From positions 64,001 through 128,000 of the forward strand of contig JBEKOM010000001.1 of the NCBI GenBank assembly GCA_049521795.1: 64,000 nucleotides of DNA, given 5' to 3'. This document shows, piece by piece, positions 47,970 to 58,620 of this stretch; the stretch's first letter is position 1, and the number at the start of each line of letters is the position of its first letter. Position numbers and translations under genes: made by a program. The notes under the pieces are model-generated. The model was not told where the DNA came from, did no database searches, and was given only the letters and a program-made list of their open reading frames with translations. The stretch is from Candidatus Bathyarchaeia archaeon (GTDB lineage Archaea; Thermoproteota; Bathyarchaeia; Bathyarchaeales; Bathycorpusculaceae).

Positions 47970-48878
47970 GTGCAACTTAGGAAGATTCAGGGAAGGGGGG
48001 ACGTGCCCATGGTAAGCCTTTTCAAGAAAACCACGTTTCTAATGGTATTGCTATCATGGTCAACTCTTGTGATTTACATAGTGGCCGCGTCGGGTGACCA
48101 AGGGATATACATAAGCGCGATTAACCCTCCTGAAGTGTATCTTGGGGATAGTGTCCATGTTTATGGGGGAGGTGCCACACCCGGAAGCGTGGTAGTCGCC
48201 AAGTTAGTCGGCCTTCCTAGAGACGCGGTAGTCAACAACTTGACACTAGGATCAACCGTTGCAGGAGAGACGGGAGACTGGCAGATAGACTTCGTTACGC
48301 CGATAATCTTTCCTGGCAACTACACCATCCACGTCTTCGACGACAGAAATGTTCCGAGCAACCTCACAAGCTTTCAAGTTTTAATGAACATAACAATCAT
48401 ACCGGCGACCACCTTCACGTTTCAAGAAGTAACGAACACGACTTGGCAGTTCGGGCCCGTGACAAACGCAACACTGCCTATACTGTTCTTCGTGCCCCTC
48501 ACCGCTGCGCCCGCATCTGGACCATCAGGTGCATGGGTGACGATCTATGGACATTATGCTTCAGGAGGTCAAATTCAAGTCTACCTCAACAACACGCAAG
48601 TAGCCACGGTCGCCAAACCAAGCTCAGGAGACTGGAGCACCTCTTTTCAGGTACCCAGCGTTTCACCAGGAAACTACACGATAAGAGCTGTAGACACTGG
48701 AGCAAGGATCATAAGTCTCGCTTCATTCTTCGTAACGTCTGAAGTTAGCTTGTCACCAACCCCACTCCTGCTGCTAATCGGACTGTTTGCGCTCGCAGTG
48801 TTTTCAGGATTAGTCATGCTAGTGCTGCTCGCTGCCTACGCGAGACAACGCAAAAAATCAATCTCAGGCCGACATTGA
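47970..48878 (+). CDS. membrane-anchored surface protein with two Ig-like (IPT/TIG-type) repeats
   Basis: Signal peptide, repeated GDW...F.VP...PGNYTI, N-glycosylation sequons, C-terminal TM helix and basic tail. Confidence 0.75.
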   Translation: MQLRKIQGRGDVPMVSLFKKTTFLMVLLSWSTLVIYIVAASGDQGIYISAINPPEVYLGDSVHVYGGGATPGSVVVAKLVGLPRDAVVNNLTLGSTVAGETGDWQIDFVTPIIFPGNYTIHVFDDRNVPSNLTSFQVLMNITIIPATTFTFQEVTNTTWQFGPVTNATLPILFFVPLTAAPASGPSGAWVTIYGHYASGGQIQVYLNNTQVATVAKPSSGDWSTSFQVPSVSPGNYTIRAVDTGARIISLASFFVTSEVSLSPTPLLLLIGLFALAVFSGLVMLVLLAAYARQRKKSISGRH

Positions 48879-49075
48879 CAAAGCATACTTTGCGGCCTTC
48901 GTAACACTTCTTTGGTTTGGTGGGAGGTAGAGTTTATCCCAAACCCAAAGAGCGTGTGCCCGATGCATCAATAAGAGAAAAAAAGAGAGTTTGCCACGGA
49001 TATCTCCATCGTAGGGTGAATAAACTTTTAACATATCATTCCACGTTATTTCAGTGATGAGGAGCACTAGGAGAC

Positions 49076-50416
49076 TTGATAGTCGATTGCGTCTTGGCAA
49101 ATGCCAAAGCTTACTTTAAGCAGGCAATAGTAGACTGCAGCATCGCCTTCAATGAAGGTAGGATTTTCAAGATAGGCAGAGAATCGAGCATGCCCACCGC
49201 CGACGCAAGATTCGACCTAAAGAATCAGCTGGTTCTTCCTGGGCTGATCGACGCTCATGTGCATCTTCGGGATGAGGGTAAGTCGTACAAAGAAGACTTT
49301 GTCTCTGGCACGGCCGCTGCGGCTGCGGGTGGAATGACGACTGTTCTTGACATGCCTAACAACGAGCCAGTGACTACGAGTGCTGATGCTTTGAAGAATC
49401 GAATGAAGGTTGCGAAGGGAAGGATTCTGGTCGACGTTGGCTTCCGGTCTGAATTCCCGGGAAACGTTGGGGAGATAGAGGGAATTGTGCGAGAAGGTGC
49501 TGTGGGTTTCAAGTTTTTCATGGTTAATCAGGTCGGCGGGTTGGATGTAAACGATGATGAAGCCATGCTGGAAGCGTTCAAGGCTGTCGGCAAGCTTGAA
49601 GTTACGACCTCTGTTCACGCAGAGGACGAACAGACGTTGAAGAGGGCTGAGGCTGAGCTACAGCGCCGTAGACAGAATGATGTTGCCGCTTTCCTCAAGG
49701 CTCACTCCGAAAAGGTCGAGCTGAGAGCTGTAACACGTGTTCTGGACACGGTCAAGCAGGGCAACGTCCACGTGCATTTCTGCCACGTCAGCACGCTGGA
49801 AGGCTTAGGAGCCATTGCCGCTGGAAAGAAGTCTGGAATGCCGATATCTTGCGAAGCAACGCCGCACCACCTGCTTCTGACTGTTGACGACTTGAAGAAG
49901 GCGGGAACGTTGGGTGTGACTATGCCGCCGGTTCGGGATAAGCAGCACGCTGAAGCGTTATGGGAAGGTGTTAGAAACGGTTGGGTCGACATCGTGGCCT
50001 CGGACCACGCTCCGCACGCTATTGGGGAAAAGGAGGCGGAGACCGTTTGGGACGTCAAGGCCGGCATACCTGGGGTAGAGACAACTCTTCCGCTTCTGCT
50101 GACTCAAGTCAAACGAGGGCGATTGTCGATTGGTGATGTGGCGAGGCTCATGTCGGAGAAGCCCGCTGAGATCTTCAGCTTGAAGGGCAAAGGATGCTTG
50201 AGAGAAGGAAACGACGCCGACTTGACCGTGGTGGACGTACGCAAGAAGTTCAGAATTGATTCATCCAACTTTCAGTCTAAGGCCAAGTACTCTCCTTTTG
50301 ATGGGCGCGAGGTCGAGGGAAAACCTGCGAAAACGTTTGTCGGCGGACAGCTGATCATGGATGAAGGCGAAATCGTTGCCAAACCGGGAAGCGGTAGAAT
50401 CATTCGGAGACAGTGA
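49076..50416 (+). CDS. pyrC: dihydroorotase / cyclic amidohydrolase
   Basis: PGLIDAHVHLR, DMPN, HAED, EATPHHL and SDHAPH motifs. Confidence 0.88.
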   Translation: MIVDCVLANAKAYFKQAIVDCSIAFNEGRIFKIGRESSMPTADARFDLKNQLVLPGLIDAHVHLRDEGKSYKEDFVSGTAAAAAGGMTTVLDMPNNEPVTTSADALKNRMKVAKGRILVDVGFRSEFPGNVGEIEGIVREGAVGFKFFMVNQVGGLDVNDDEAMLEAFKAVGKLEVTTSVHAEDEQTLKRAEAELQRRRQNDVAAFLKAHSEKVELRAVTRVLDTVKQGNVHVHFCHVSTLEGLGAIAAGKKSGMPISCEATPHHLLLTVDDLKKAGTLGVTMPPVRDKQHAEALWEGVRNGWVDIVASDHAPHAIGEKEAETVWDVKAGIPGVETTLPLLLTQVKRGRLSIGDVARLMSEKPAEIFSLKGKGCLREGNDADLTVVDVRKKFRIDSSNFQSKAKYSPFDGREVEGKPAKTFVGGQLIMDEGEIVAKPGSGRIIRRQ

Positions 50417-50420
50417 CCAT

Positions 50421-50909
50421 TTGAGGTTCCTCGCCGACGGCATGCTTGGAAAACTGACGCGTTGGCTTCGCATGCTGGGACAGGACGTGAAGTACTCGAA
50501 CAGCTTGGACGACCCGGAACTTCTGATGATAGCGAAAAAGGAGAAAAGAATTTTGCTGACGAGGGACTTTGAACTTTATCAACGAGCCAATGCCAGGGGA
50601 ATCGATGCCTTCTACTTGGAAGGACTGACTGAAGAAGAAAAACTGGCGGAGCTTGCCAAGAGGTACGATGTCAGACTGGAAATAGACATGGCGTCATCCA
50701 GATGTCCAAAGTGCAACTCAACCGTGAAGCCCACATCCAGAAAAGGGGCTGAGGACAAGGTTGAAAGAAGCACGTTTGACCATTACAAAGAGTTCTGGAA
50801 ATGCCCAAACTGCGGCCAGATATACTGGCAAGGCGCACACTGGGCGAGAATCAGAAAGACGCTGAACGCGGCAAAACAGATTTTGGAAGAAACAGAAAGA
50901 GAAAAATGA
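50421..50909 (+). CDS. Mut7-C RNase domain protein (DUF82)
   Basis: FLADGMLGKLTRWLR, LLTRD, RCPKCN and CGQIYWQGAH motifs. Confidence 0.9.
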   Translation: MRFLADGMLGKLTRWLRMLGQDVKYSNSLDDPELLMIAKKEKRILLTRDFELYQRANARGIDAFYLEGLTEEEKLAELAKRYDVRLEIDMASSRCPKCNSTVKPTSRKGAEDKVERSTFDHYKEFWKCPNCGQIYWQGAHWARIRKTLNAAKQILEETEREK

Positions 50910-50913
50910 GTTT

Positions 50914-51171
50914 CTAACGCTCTTCCAAGAGCCACTTCAACGGAATATCCTGGTAAGTCTTGTCGGGCAACGTTCGTCTTACAGTCATCGGCAGGATACC
51001 TGCTCCGAGCTCCTTCAGCGCTATGTCTATCGGACCTGAAAAGCCTTCTGACACGTCGACGAGTATGGGGGCCCCCATGGATATTTGCAGGGCCCTAGCG
51101 CCCACTATTCTTGCCTTCTCGAAACGGGTGAGCTTTGGCGGTCCGATCGTGATCCGTTTTGTCTCAGACGT
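50914..51171 (-). CDS. rpoK: RNA polymerase subunit K (Rpo6), probable ACG start
   Basis: [26 protein letters not shown]...ALKEL; the conserved LTRFEKAR lies upstream of the first GTG. Confidence 0.9.
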   Translation of the reverse strand, partial: TSETKRITIGPPKLTRFEKARIVGARALQISMGAPILVDVSEGFSGPIDIALKELGAGILPMTVRRTLPDKTYQDIPLKWLLEER

Positions 51172-51174
51172 TTT

Positions 51175-52848
51175 CTAGTACTCCCCCATTCCTGGGTATC
51201 CGCCTCCTGGGCCGCCTGGGCCTCCTGGAGGTGTTGGGGGAGCTCTCATTTTTCCAGAAGCGATTACGTCGTCGATCTTCAGTATCATCGTAGAAGCTTC
51301 AGTTGCTGACTTCACTATTTGTTTCTTGACTGCCAAAGGTTCGTAGACTCCTGCTTTGGCCATGTCCTGTGCTTTTCCGCTGTTCACTTCTATGCCTGCC
51401 CACGTTTCGCCTTTTTCATGTCGTGCTCTGAGGTCGGATATTACGTCGATTGGGTCCAGCCCCGCGTTTTCTGTCAGCGTGATCGGCACGGCTTCAAGAG
51501 CCTCTGCGAAGGCTTTGACTGCAAGCTGTTCTCTTCCTGGCAGAGTTTCGGCGTATTTCTTGAGCATACGTGAAACTTCCAGTTCTGGGGCTCCTCCTCC
51601 CGCAACGATCTTTGGTTCTTCAACCACGTCTCTGACCACGCACAAAGCGTCGTGCACTGACCGCTCTGCTTCGTCAACGATGCGTTGGGTTCCACCCCTT
51701 ATCAGTATTGTAACGGCCTTGGGATGCTTGCATCCTTCTATGAAGGTCATCTTGTCGTCGCCTATCTTGCGTTCTTCGACGAGAGCGGCATAGCCTAAGT
51801 CTGCTGAAGTCATGCCGTCAAGGTTGGTCACTATTTTTCCACCGGTAGCCTTGGCCAGTTTCTCCATGTCTGACTTTTTGTTCCTTCGAACCGCAAGTAT
51901 CCCTTTTCTGGCAAGGAAGTGCTGAACCATGTCGTCGATACCTTTCTCGCACAGAACAACGTTGGCACCAGTCTTCGCAATCTTTTCAGCCATGTCGCGC
52001 ATCATGTCCTCCTCCTGCTTGAGGAAGGCATCCATCTGCTCCGGGCTTTCAATGTTGATCTTTGCATCAAACTCTGTCTTCTCGATCTCAAGGGGGCAGT
52101 CAAGCAGAGCTATCTTGGCCTTTTCGACGCGCTTAGGCATACCTGAATGAGCGATTTCCTTGTCAAGGACTACTCCTTGAATAAGCTTCGTTTCCTTCGT
52201 TGACTCACCTGGTTTCTTCTCGACTTTCACGTCGTCCACATCCGCCTTGTACTTGTCACCGTCCTTCTCTGCGACAGCCAAGATCGCTTTAACCACTAGG
52301 TCAGCCAGATACTCTCTGTGCTCAGCAACGAGCTTGCTTGCCATCGAGGTCATCGCAACCTTCTTCGGGTAATCTGTGGAAGTCGGGTCTATCGAAATAG
52401 CGATTTTTTCCAGAACTTCCAATGCTTTATCCGAGGCTTTCTTGTATCCGTCGATTATTATCGTGGGATGAACACTTCTTTCAACAAGCTCTTGAGCCTT
52501 GTTGAGCAGCTCGCCGGATATTATGACCGCTGTTGTTGTTCCATCGCCTGCTTCGTTGTCCTGAGTTTTCGCGACCTCCAGCATCATTTTTGCCGCTGGA
52601 TGCTGAATGTCCATCTCGTCCAGAATTGTACGTCCATCGCTTGTTATGGTAACGTCGCCAAAACTGTCCACGAGCATCTTGTCCATGCCCTTTGGGCCGA
52701 GGGAACTCTTCACAGTCTCAGCCACTATTCTAGCAGCTTCAATGTTTGTGTGCAGAGCTTCTCGCCCTTTAGAACGGCTAGAGCCTTCCTTCAACACTAG
52801 AACTGGAACACCGCCAGCTGATTGTGATGCTGACAAGTTCTTAAACAA
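51175..52848 (-). CDS. thermosome (group II chaperonin) subunit
   Basis: [16 protein letters not shown] and ILKIDD motifs. Confidence 0.97.
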   Translation of the reverse strand: MFKNLSASQSAGGVPVLVLKEGSSRSKGREALHTNIEAARIVAETVKSSLGPKGMDKMLVDSFGDVTITSDGRTILDEMDIQHPAAKMMLEVAKTQDNEAGDGTTTAVIISGELLNKAQELVERSVHPTIIIDGYKKASDKALEVLEKIAISIDPTSTDYPKKVAMTSMASKLVAEHREYLADLVVKAILAVAEKDGDKYKADVDDVKVEKKPGESTKETKLIQGVVLDKEIAHSGMPKRVEKAKIALLDCPLEIEKTEFDAKINIESPEQMDAFLKQEEDMMRDMAEKIAKTGANVVLCEKGIDDMVQHFLARKGILAVRRNKKSDMEKLAKATGGKIVTNLDGMTSADLGYAALVEERKIGDDKMTFIEGCKHPKAVTILIRGGTQRIVDEAERSVHDALCVVRDVVEEPKIVAGGGAPELEVSRMLKKYAETLPGREQLAVKAFAEALEAVPITLTENAGLDPIDVISDLRARHEKGETWAGIEVNSGKAQDMAKAGVYEPLAVKKQIVKSATEASTMILKIDDVIASGKMRAPPTPPGGPGGPGGGYPGMGEY

Positions 52849-52955
52849 TCCTCCCTTTTTGCGTCACAATGAAAAACAGCCTCACAATATAAGTTTTTCT
52901 AAAAGGAACGGGTAGAAGCTAGATTTTGAACATAGACTTTCGCAAATTGCGGCAG

Positions 52956-54110
52956 TCAGGGTCGGACCGTTGCTGTTTTCAAACCCGCTCCAGTCAAAAC
53001 TATCGCAGCGCTACTGTCAACTGATACTTCTTTGTTCTTGACTTGTTTCTTGTAGCCAGCGTAGGCAACGGCTGAGCTCGGCTCCACGTAGAAGCCTCTT
53101 CCCGCAAGCTCTCTGAAGGCTTCAAGTATCTCTTCTTCTTCAACAATGACCGCGTCGCCGTCCACTTTCTTCAAGTTCTTGACCATAAGCTCCAACAGCG
53201 GAGGATCAACGCTAACCAGAGCGTCAGCGACCGAGGCTAAAGTGTCAAGTGGCGTGTAGCTCAAATTCTTCATGCGATGATAAAGCGGCGAGACCTGCCT
53301 CGTTTGGCAAGCCACTATTCTCGGCATCGATTCTATCACGTTTGAGCCGACCAAATGTTGGAAGCCACTCACGACGCCCAAGAGCAGAGTTCCTGCAGAA
53401 ACGGGCAGATAGACACAGCCTGGGGCTTTCCAACCGAATTGTTCACTCATCTCATAAGCTAGACTTCTTATTCCGTCGCGAAACAATGGATGGAGTATGT
53501 GGCCGACGTAGAATTTTCCAGGTTCAGGCTTCTGCGCTTCCTCTGCAACCTTGCTACGGTTCCCAGAGACTTTAACGACGTCAGCCCCGTAAAATTGGAT
53601 CTGGTTGAACTTCGGACCAGCGACGGCCTCTGGAACGTACACCTTCGCCCGTAACCCGGCACGCGCAGCGTACGCGGCGATCGATGCGCCTGCGTTACCC
53701 GAAGAGTCTTCAGAAATGTAACCTCTTCTCTTCTTTACCAATTTGTGAAGTGCAGAAACCAGTAGCGCAGATCCTCTGTCTTTGAAAGAACCTGTAGGGT
53801 TCAAACTTTCAAGTTTGAAGTAGACACGCTCAGAGAATCTAACCAAAGGTGTCCACCCTTCTCCGAGCCTCACGATCTCACCATCTCTTACGTAAGGAAA
53901 GAATCTTCTGTATCGCCATAATGAGAAATCTTTCTTGGAAATTCTCTTAGTTTCAAAATCGAGGTGAACTTGTATGTCCAACGGCATGCCACATGAAGAG
54001 CACTTGAAATCAAGCAGATTGCTCGAATGATAGCTGCACGCTGAGCATTCAACATCATATTTCATATTGACAACGCCGCATTTATTCGACCAGACCGATG
54101 GCCAATCCAA
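52956..54110 (-). CDS. threonine synthase-like PLP enzyme
   Basis: LGEGWTPL, NPTGSFKDRG, SSGNAG and EPSSA motifs. Confidence 0.85.
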   Translation of the reverse strand: MDWPSVWSNKCGVVNMKYDVECSACSYHSSNLLDFKCSSCGMPLDIQVHLDFETKRISKKDFSLWRYRRFFPYVRDGEIVRLGEGWTPLVRFSERVYFKLESLNPTGSFKDRGSALLVSALHKLVKKRRGYISEDSSGNAGASIAAYAARAGLRAKVYVPEAVAGPKFNQIQFYGADVVKVSGNRSKVAEEAQKPEPGKFYVGHILHPLFRDGIRSLAYEMSEQFGWKAPGCVYLPVSAGTLLLGVVSGFQHLVGSNVIESMPRIVACQTRQVSPLYHRMKNLSYTPLDTLASVADALVSVDPPLLELMVKNLKKVDGDAVIVEEEEILEAFRELAGRGFYVEPSSAVAYAGYKKQVKNKEVSVDSSAAIVLTGAGLKTATVRP

Positions 54111-54250
54111 GTCTCATTTCTATATTATCTTGCTGTTTTAGGACTTTCTCTCGGGGGCTGTCCCGCTCTTGCTCAAAGCACCTTCTTCCTTGACTTTACA
54201 GGTTGCCCAGAAGACAGGCACACTGAAGTAAAAAAAGGTAGAAGATAGGC

Positions 54251-54577
54251 TCATCCAAACAGTGGTCTCAGTGCATCGACGAAAAGTAGAATCATGGACA
54301 CTGCGAAGAAAAAGACGGTGGCAGAGTACGTCCATTTCTTGGCGAAACGCGCTAGGCAAAGTGCAGACGTTGCAACGCTCAAGATGAAGAACAAATGCAC
54401 CGTGGCACTCAGATAGTACCAGGCATCGCGCGTTGTCGTGTACGAATATGAGGGAAAAGCATAGAGAACCGAGAGGCCTATAGATGCAAAGAACATTATG
54501 AGCGAGACCACCAGAATCCACGCAACGTTTCTTTCAGGTGCTTCCAAGAAACCAACTCTCCTGCTATTGTTCTCCAT
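54251..54577 (-). CDS. small membrane protein
   Basis: Three hydrophobic segments. Confidence 0.55.
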   Translation of the reverse strand: MENNSRRVGFLEAPERNVAWILVVSLIMFFASIGLSVLYAFPSYSYTTTRDAWYYLSATVHLFFILSVATSALCLARFAKKWTYSATVFFFAVSMILLFVDALRPLFG

Positions 54578-54710
54578 ATGTGCATAAAAAGTTATCCCCT
54601 GCCTAGAACATGGTACAAAAAGCTAGGACAACGGAGCTACTGTCGATATCTTCTGGTTTTAAATATGCGCTAAGAGATATTTTGGGGAAAGCAGTCAGAA
54701 GAGTGGGGCT

Positions 54711-54965
54711 ATGATCAGGAAGCTTGTTCTGGGGCTTGGGTTATTGATGGACCTAGTCGGAGTATTCATGCTATGGTATATTGCCCCAAGGATCATTCAC
54801 GACGATTCAGGCATATATGCACCGGATATCAGTTACACATATTTTGTCGTCGCTCTGACCGTTGTCATAATGGCACTTGTCCTTCTCGTTGCTGGAATCA
54901 CCTATCCAGATGTCAGCAAAACCGGTCCAGAGGCAGAGTCAACAGGCAAAAAGGAGCAAGTCTGA
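54711..54965 (+). CDS. small membrane protein
   Basis: Two TM helices. Confidence 0.6.
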   Translation: MIRKLVLGLGLLMDLVGVFMLWYIAPRIIHDDSGIYAPDISYTYFVVALTVVIMALVLLVAGITYPDVSKTGPEAESTGKKEQV

Positions 54966-54992
54966 TTACGAGGGCTTACCGAACACTAAGAA

Positions 54993-55520
54993 TTAGAGCT
55001 GTAATCCTTTTCTGAAGGCGTTGATGTTTGTTTCAACGGTCTTTGCTGAAACACTTACTCTTACCGCTTTTTCCATTGATTGAACCGTGACCAGTTGAGT
55101 TGTCTTTATGAAAGCCCCGAGCATGACCATGTTAGCGTACATGGCTTCTCCGAAAGTTTTCTTCGCCGTCTCTGTCATCGGAAACCTATGGACCCTTGCC
55201 TTTGACTCGGGCAACGTAGTCACGCTGGAACTGTCAATTATCAGCACTCCGTTCTCCTTCAAATCCTTGAGCAGCTTGTCAAGTGCTTCCTGGCTCATAG
55301 CCACTAGTACGTCGGGCTTCCTGACTGCTGGGAACCCAATTTTGTTGTCTGAGATTATGACTTCACTCTCGGCAAGGCTTCCTCTTGCCTCAGCCCCGTA
55401 TGCCTGCGTTTGTACCGCGTTTTTCCCATCTAGGACTGCTGCCTTGCCCAGTATTTGGGCGGCCAAGACTACGCCTTGTCCGCCGCTTCCCCCTATTCTA
55501 ATCTCTGTTTTGCTCGCCGT
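54993..55520 (-). CDS. korC: 2-oxoacid:ferredoxin oxidoreductase gamma subunit, probable ACG start
   Basis: EIRIGGSGGQGVVLA, YGAEARG and NMVMLGA motifs. Confidence 0.88.
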   Translation of the reverse strand, partial: TASKTEIRIGGSGGQGVVLAAQILGKAAVLDGKNAVQTQAYGAEARGSLAESEVIISDNKIGFPAVRKPDVLVAMSQEALDKLLKDLKENGVLIIDSSSVTTLPESKARVHRFPMTETAKKTFGEAMYANMVMLGAFIKTTQLVTVQSMEKAVRVSVSAKTVETNINAFRKGLQL

Positions 55521-56337
55521 TTTCCTTTGCCTCCTTAATCATGGCGTATACTGTTTCAACTAGCGTTGGGCGTCTTCTTGAAACGAATTCTCCGACGACT
55601 ATTTTCGCTTCAAGCTCTTCGGGACTCATCTTTTCAGCTTCCTCAACTGTGACTGCGCTTTCTTTGAAGTGTTTGAGCATTTCTGCGATATTCTTGAATC
55701 CTGCTCTCCTGCCGTAGGCCGTTGGGCAGTGGGTCACGACTTCGATGAACCTGAAACCTTGCATCTGCAATGCTTTCTTGATTGACTCTACTAACTCGTG
55801 CAAATGCGCGGTTGTCCACCGCGCTGAGTATGCTGCTCCAGCCGCAACCGCGAGCTTCGCCGCGTCTAATGGATACTCGAAGCTTCCATAGGGCGTCGTC
55901 GTCGTCCTCGCTTTGAAGGGTGTTGTGGGGGCCACTTGGCCGCCTGTCATCCCGTAAACCATGTTGTTGCCCATTATGACGAGGATATCGGTGTTTCTCC
56001 TCGCTGCGTGCAGGAAGTGGCTTAGGCCTATGCCGACTATGTCTCCGTCGCCGCCGAAGACCACGACGTTCAAGTCTGGGCGTATGAGTTTTATGCTGGT
56101 GGCGGGCGGTATGCTTCTTCCATGAAGTGTGTGTACCGAATCGGCTTCAAAATAGGGCGAAGGAATCCATGAAGAGCAGCCTATGCCGCTTGTGAAGCAG
56201 AACCCGGTCAGGTCTTCGTGGCCCAGCTCATGCACGGCTCTGAGAAAAGCGTCACTGAGTGAAAAGAGTCCGCAGCCTGCGCAGAAGGGCAATCTTAAGT
56301 CTCTCATGTACTTTCGAGGTGAGAATGCTTCAGTCAC
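55498..56337 (-). CDS. korB: 2-oxoacid:ferredoxin oxidoreductase beta subunit
   Basis: FCAGCG, SGIGCS, GGDGD and YGMTGGQ motifs. Confidence 0.92.
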   Translation of the reverse strand: MTEAFSPRKYMRDLRLPFCAGCGLFSLSDAFLRAVHELGHEDLTGFCFTSGIGCSSWIPSPYFEADSVHTLHGRSIPPATSIKLIRPDLNVVVFGGDGDIVGIGLSHFLHAARRNTDILVIMGNNMVYGMTGGQVAPTTPFKARTTTTPYGSFEYPLDAAKLAVAAGAAYSARWTTAHLHELVESIKKALQMQGFRFIEVVTHCPTAYGRRAGFKNIAEMLKHFKESAVTVEEAEKMSPEELEAKIVVGEFVSRRRPTLVETVYAMIKEAKENGEQNRD

Positions 56338-57469
56338 TTTGCTTGCCTCCTTCCAGAATCTTGGTCAGCAATTCTTCAGGCGTGATAAGTTCCCCTCCGC
56401 CGATCTTGTTCAGCGGAATGACCTCCGCGTTGCAAGCGACTCTTTGCACTTCGCGGCTGATTTGCCCAAGGTTCATCTCTGGAACGATTATTCTCTCAGC
56501 GCTTTCAGCGAGTCGTTTGACAGCCTTGTCTGGAAAAGGCCAGATCGTCTTCAGCCTGACGTAGCCTGTACTCATTCCTTCAGCTTCTGCCCGTTCAGTA
56601 GCCTCGTAGACAGCGCGGGACGTGCAGCCGTAGGAGACTATGCCAACCTTGCAATCGTCAACGTTGTAGTCTTCGACTTCAACGATGTCGTCTGCGTGAT
56701 CGTTTATCTTGGCGTTAAGTTTGCTTAACATTCTTCTGTGAACAAGCGGGTCCTGTGTAAATCGAACACCATACTCATCGTGGGTTGAAGCCGTTACAGC
56801 GACGTTGAAGCCTTCGCCTACCGATGGCATCGGCGCAACTTCTTCCGAGCCGAAGAAAGCTCTATCGCTGGGTCCTGGTTTCTTTCGGTCGAATATTTTT
56901 ATTTGCTCAAGTCGCGGCACAGTTGCCTGCTCCCTCAAATGAGCTATAGTCTCGTCTGCCAACAGGATCACGGGCGTGCGATACTTTTCAGCCAAGTTGA
57001 AAGCTCTTACCGTAAGTTCGAACATCTCTTGCACCGAGTTGGGCGAAAGCGCGATTGCCGCGTAGTCACCGTGAGTACCCCAACGTGCCTGCATGACGTC
57101 TCCTTGACCACACTTGGTTGCCTGCCCAGTGCCGGGTCCAACTCTTTGAACATCAACTATCACGCACGGGGTTTCAGTCATGAAGCCCCAGCCGATGGTC
57201 TCCTGCATCAGACTGAAGCCCGGTCCGGAAGTGGCCGTCATAGCCTTCTTCCCTGCCCAGCTGGCGCCCATAACCGCGCCTATCGAAGCCAGCTCGTCTT
57301 CCATCTGCATGAATATGCCGTTAAGCTGCGGTAGGCGTTCTGAGAGGCGCTCAGGTATCTCGTTTGAGGGCGATATTGGGTATCCAGCGAAGAACCTGCA
57401 ACCAGCGATTATTGCTGCTTCAACGCAGGCTTCGTTTCCTGACCAAAAATAGGTGCCTGGTTTGACCAT
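56330..57469 (-). CDS. korA: 2-oxoacid:ferredoxin oxidoreductase alpha subunit
   Basis: GNEA, GYPISP, QMEDE, TSGPGFSL and EMNLGQ motifs. Confidence 0.92.
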   Translation of the reverse strand: MVKPGTYFWSGNEACVEAAIIAGCRFFAGYPISPSNEIPERLSERLPQLNGIFMQMEDELASIGAVMGASWAGKKAMTATSGPGFSLMQETIGWGFMTETPCVIVDVQRVGPGTGQATKCGQGDVMQARWGTHGDYAAIALSPNSVQEMFELTVRAFNLAEKYRTPVILLADETIAHLREQATVPRLEQIKIFDRKKPGPSDRAFFGSEEVAPMPSVGEGFNVAVTASTHDEYGVRFTQDPLVHRRMLSKLNAKINDHADDIVEVEDYNVDDCKVGIVSYGCTSRAVYEATERAEAEGMSTGYVRLKTIWPFPDKAVKRLAESAERIIVPEMNLGQISREVQRVACNAEVIPLNKIGGGELITPEELLTKILEGGKQSD

Positions 57470-57699
57470 GTTACCTGTTTCTCCTGATTACTTAGCTTGC
57501 ATTGCTGATGATCTTATTTAGGCATTTGTCGTTTCCATGAGAAATTGGGATATTCTTTTTCGACCTTTCAGATGGTCTATTCATTGCGGATGGCCAGTGG
57601 AAATCTGGATTCAGAATGGCGAAAGAGTGCAGTGGAGGCCGAAATTTTCCATTTAGTAGTGAAAAAGAATGACAGAGGGCCACAGCTGAGCAGCGAGTG

Positions 57700-58608
57700 C
57701 TACTCGATTATCTTGAAGAAGTCCCTTTCTGTAAATATGCCTACGAGCGCTCCGTTTTTGACAACGGGTACGGCTCCTATGTCTTTCTCCCTCATGATTT
57801 TTGCAGCTTGACCCACATCGGTTTCCGGTTCTACGGTTGAAACGTTTTTCGTGGCTATCTCAAGCGCTGGGGTATTTAGAACCTGGATTATCGTGCCAGA
57901 TCTCAGGTGGTTGAAGACTTCTCCGCAGCCGAAGAAGCGGATGATGTCCATGGCCGTCACTATGCCGATGAGTTTGCCGTCGGAGGTTATGGGCAACCTT
58001 CTGAATCCCTGCGCCACCATGGTTTTTTCGGCCTCAAATATCGTCGTTTTGGGCAAGGCCGTGACCACGTTCTCCGACATGAGTTGAGCAACCGCTACGC
58101 CGCTCGTTCGGTCGGCGAAGAGAACTGCGATGTCACGCTCGGTAACTATGGCTTTTACGCTGTTTTTTTCATCCACTACCGGCAAGCCGCCGAGGTTCGA
58201 TTCCTTCATCTTTTCGATTGCTTCACCTATTTTTGCTTCAGTCGTGATCGAAATGACTTTCTGAGTCATTATCAGCCGGATCTGCTCGTTTATGGCCTTG
58301 AAGAAGTTTCCACCGTACTTATGCTGAATTATCTCAAATTTTTGCCCACCGCCGAGGTATTCGACTATGTCCGTGGCGGTGACAATTCCCTCCAAGTATT
58401 TGGTTCCAGGGTTAGCTATGGGTAGCCGGCGAAATCCTTCCTTCGCCATTTTTTGAACCGCGTCATAAATGGGCGTGGTTGGAGCAACCATCACAACGGG
58501 GCTTTTTGCAACTGTAAGTATTTCCCCTTCACGCTTCTTCGAAGGATGAGTCTTTAAGTCTAGGGGGCCTGTTCCCCGCAGTCTTCTTCTGAAGCCTTCT
58601 TTGCTCAA
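57700..58608 (-). CDS. four-CBS-domain protein
   Basis: Repeated FRRLP / GIVT..D motifs. Confidence 0.9.
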   Translation of the reverse strand: MSKEGFRRRLRGTGPLDLKTHPSKKREGEILTVAKSPVVMVAPTTPIYDAVQKMAKEGFRRLPIANPGTKYLEGIVTATDIVEYLGGGQKFEIIQHKYGGNFFKAINEQIRLIMTQKVISITTEAKIGEAIEKMKESNLGGLPVVDEKNSVKAIVTERDIAVLFADRTSGVAVAQLMSENVVTALPKTTIFEAEKTMVAQGFRRLPITSDGKLIGIVTAMDIIRFFGCGEVFNHLRSGTIIQVLNTPALEIATKNVSTVEPETDVGQAAKIMREKDIGAVPVVKNGALVGIFTERDFFKIIE

Positions 58609-58620
58609 TTGTGTTCACCC

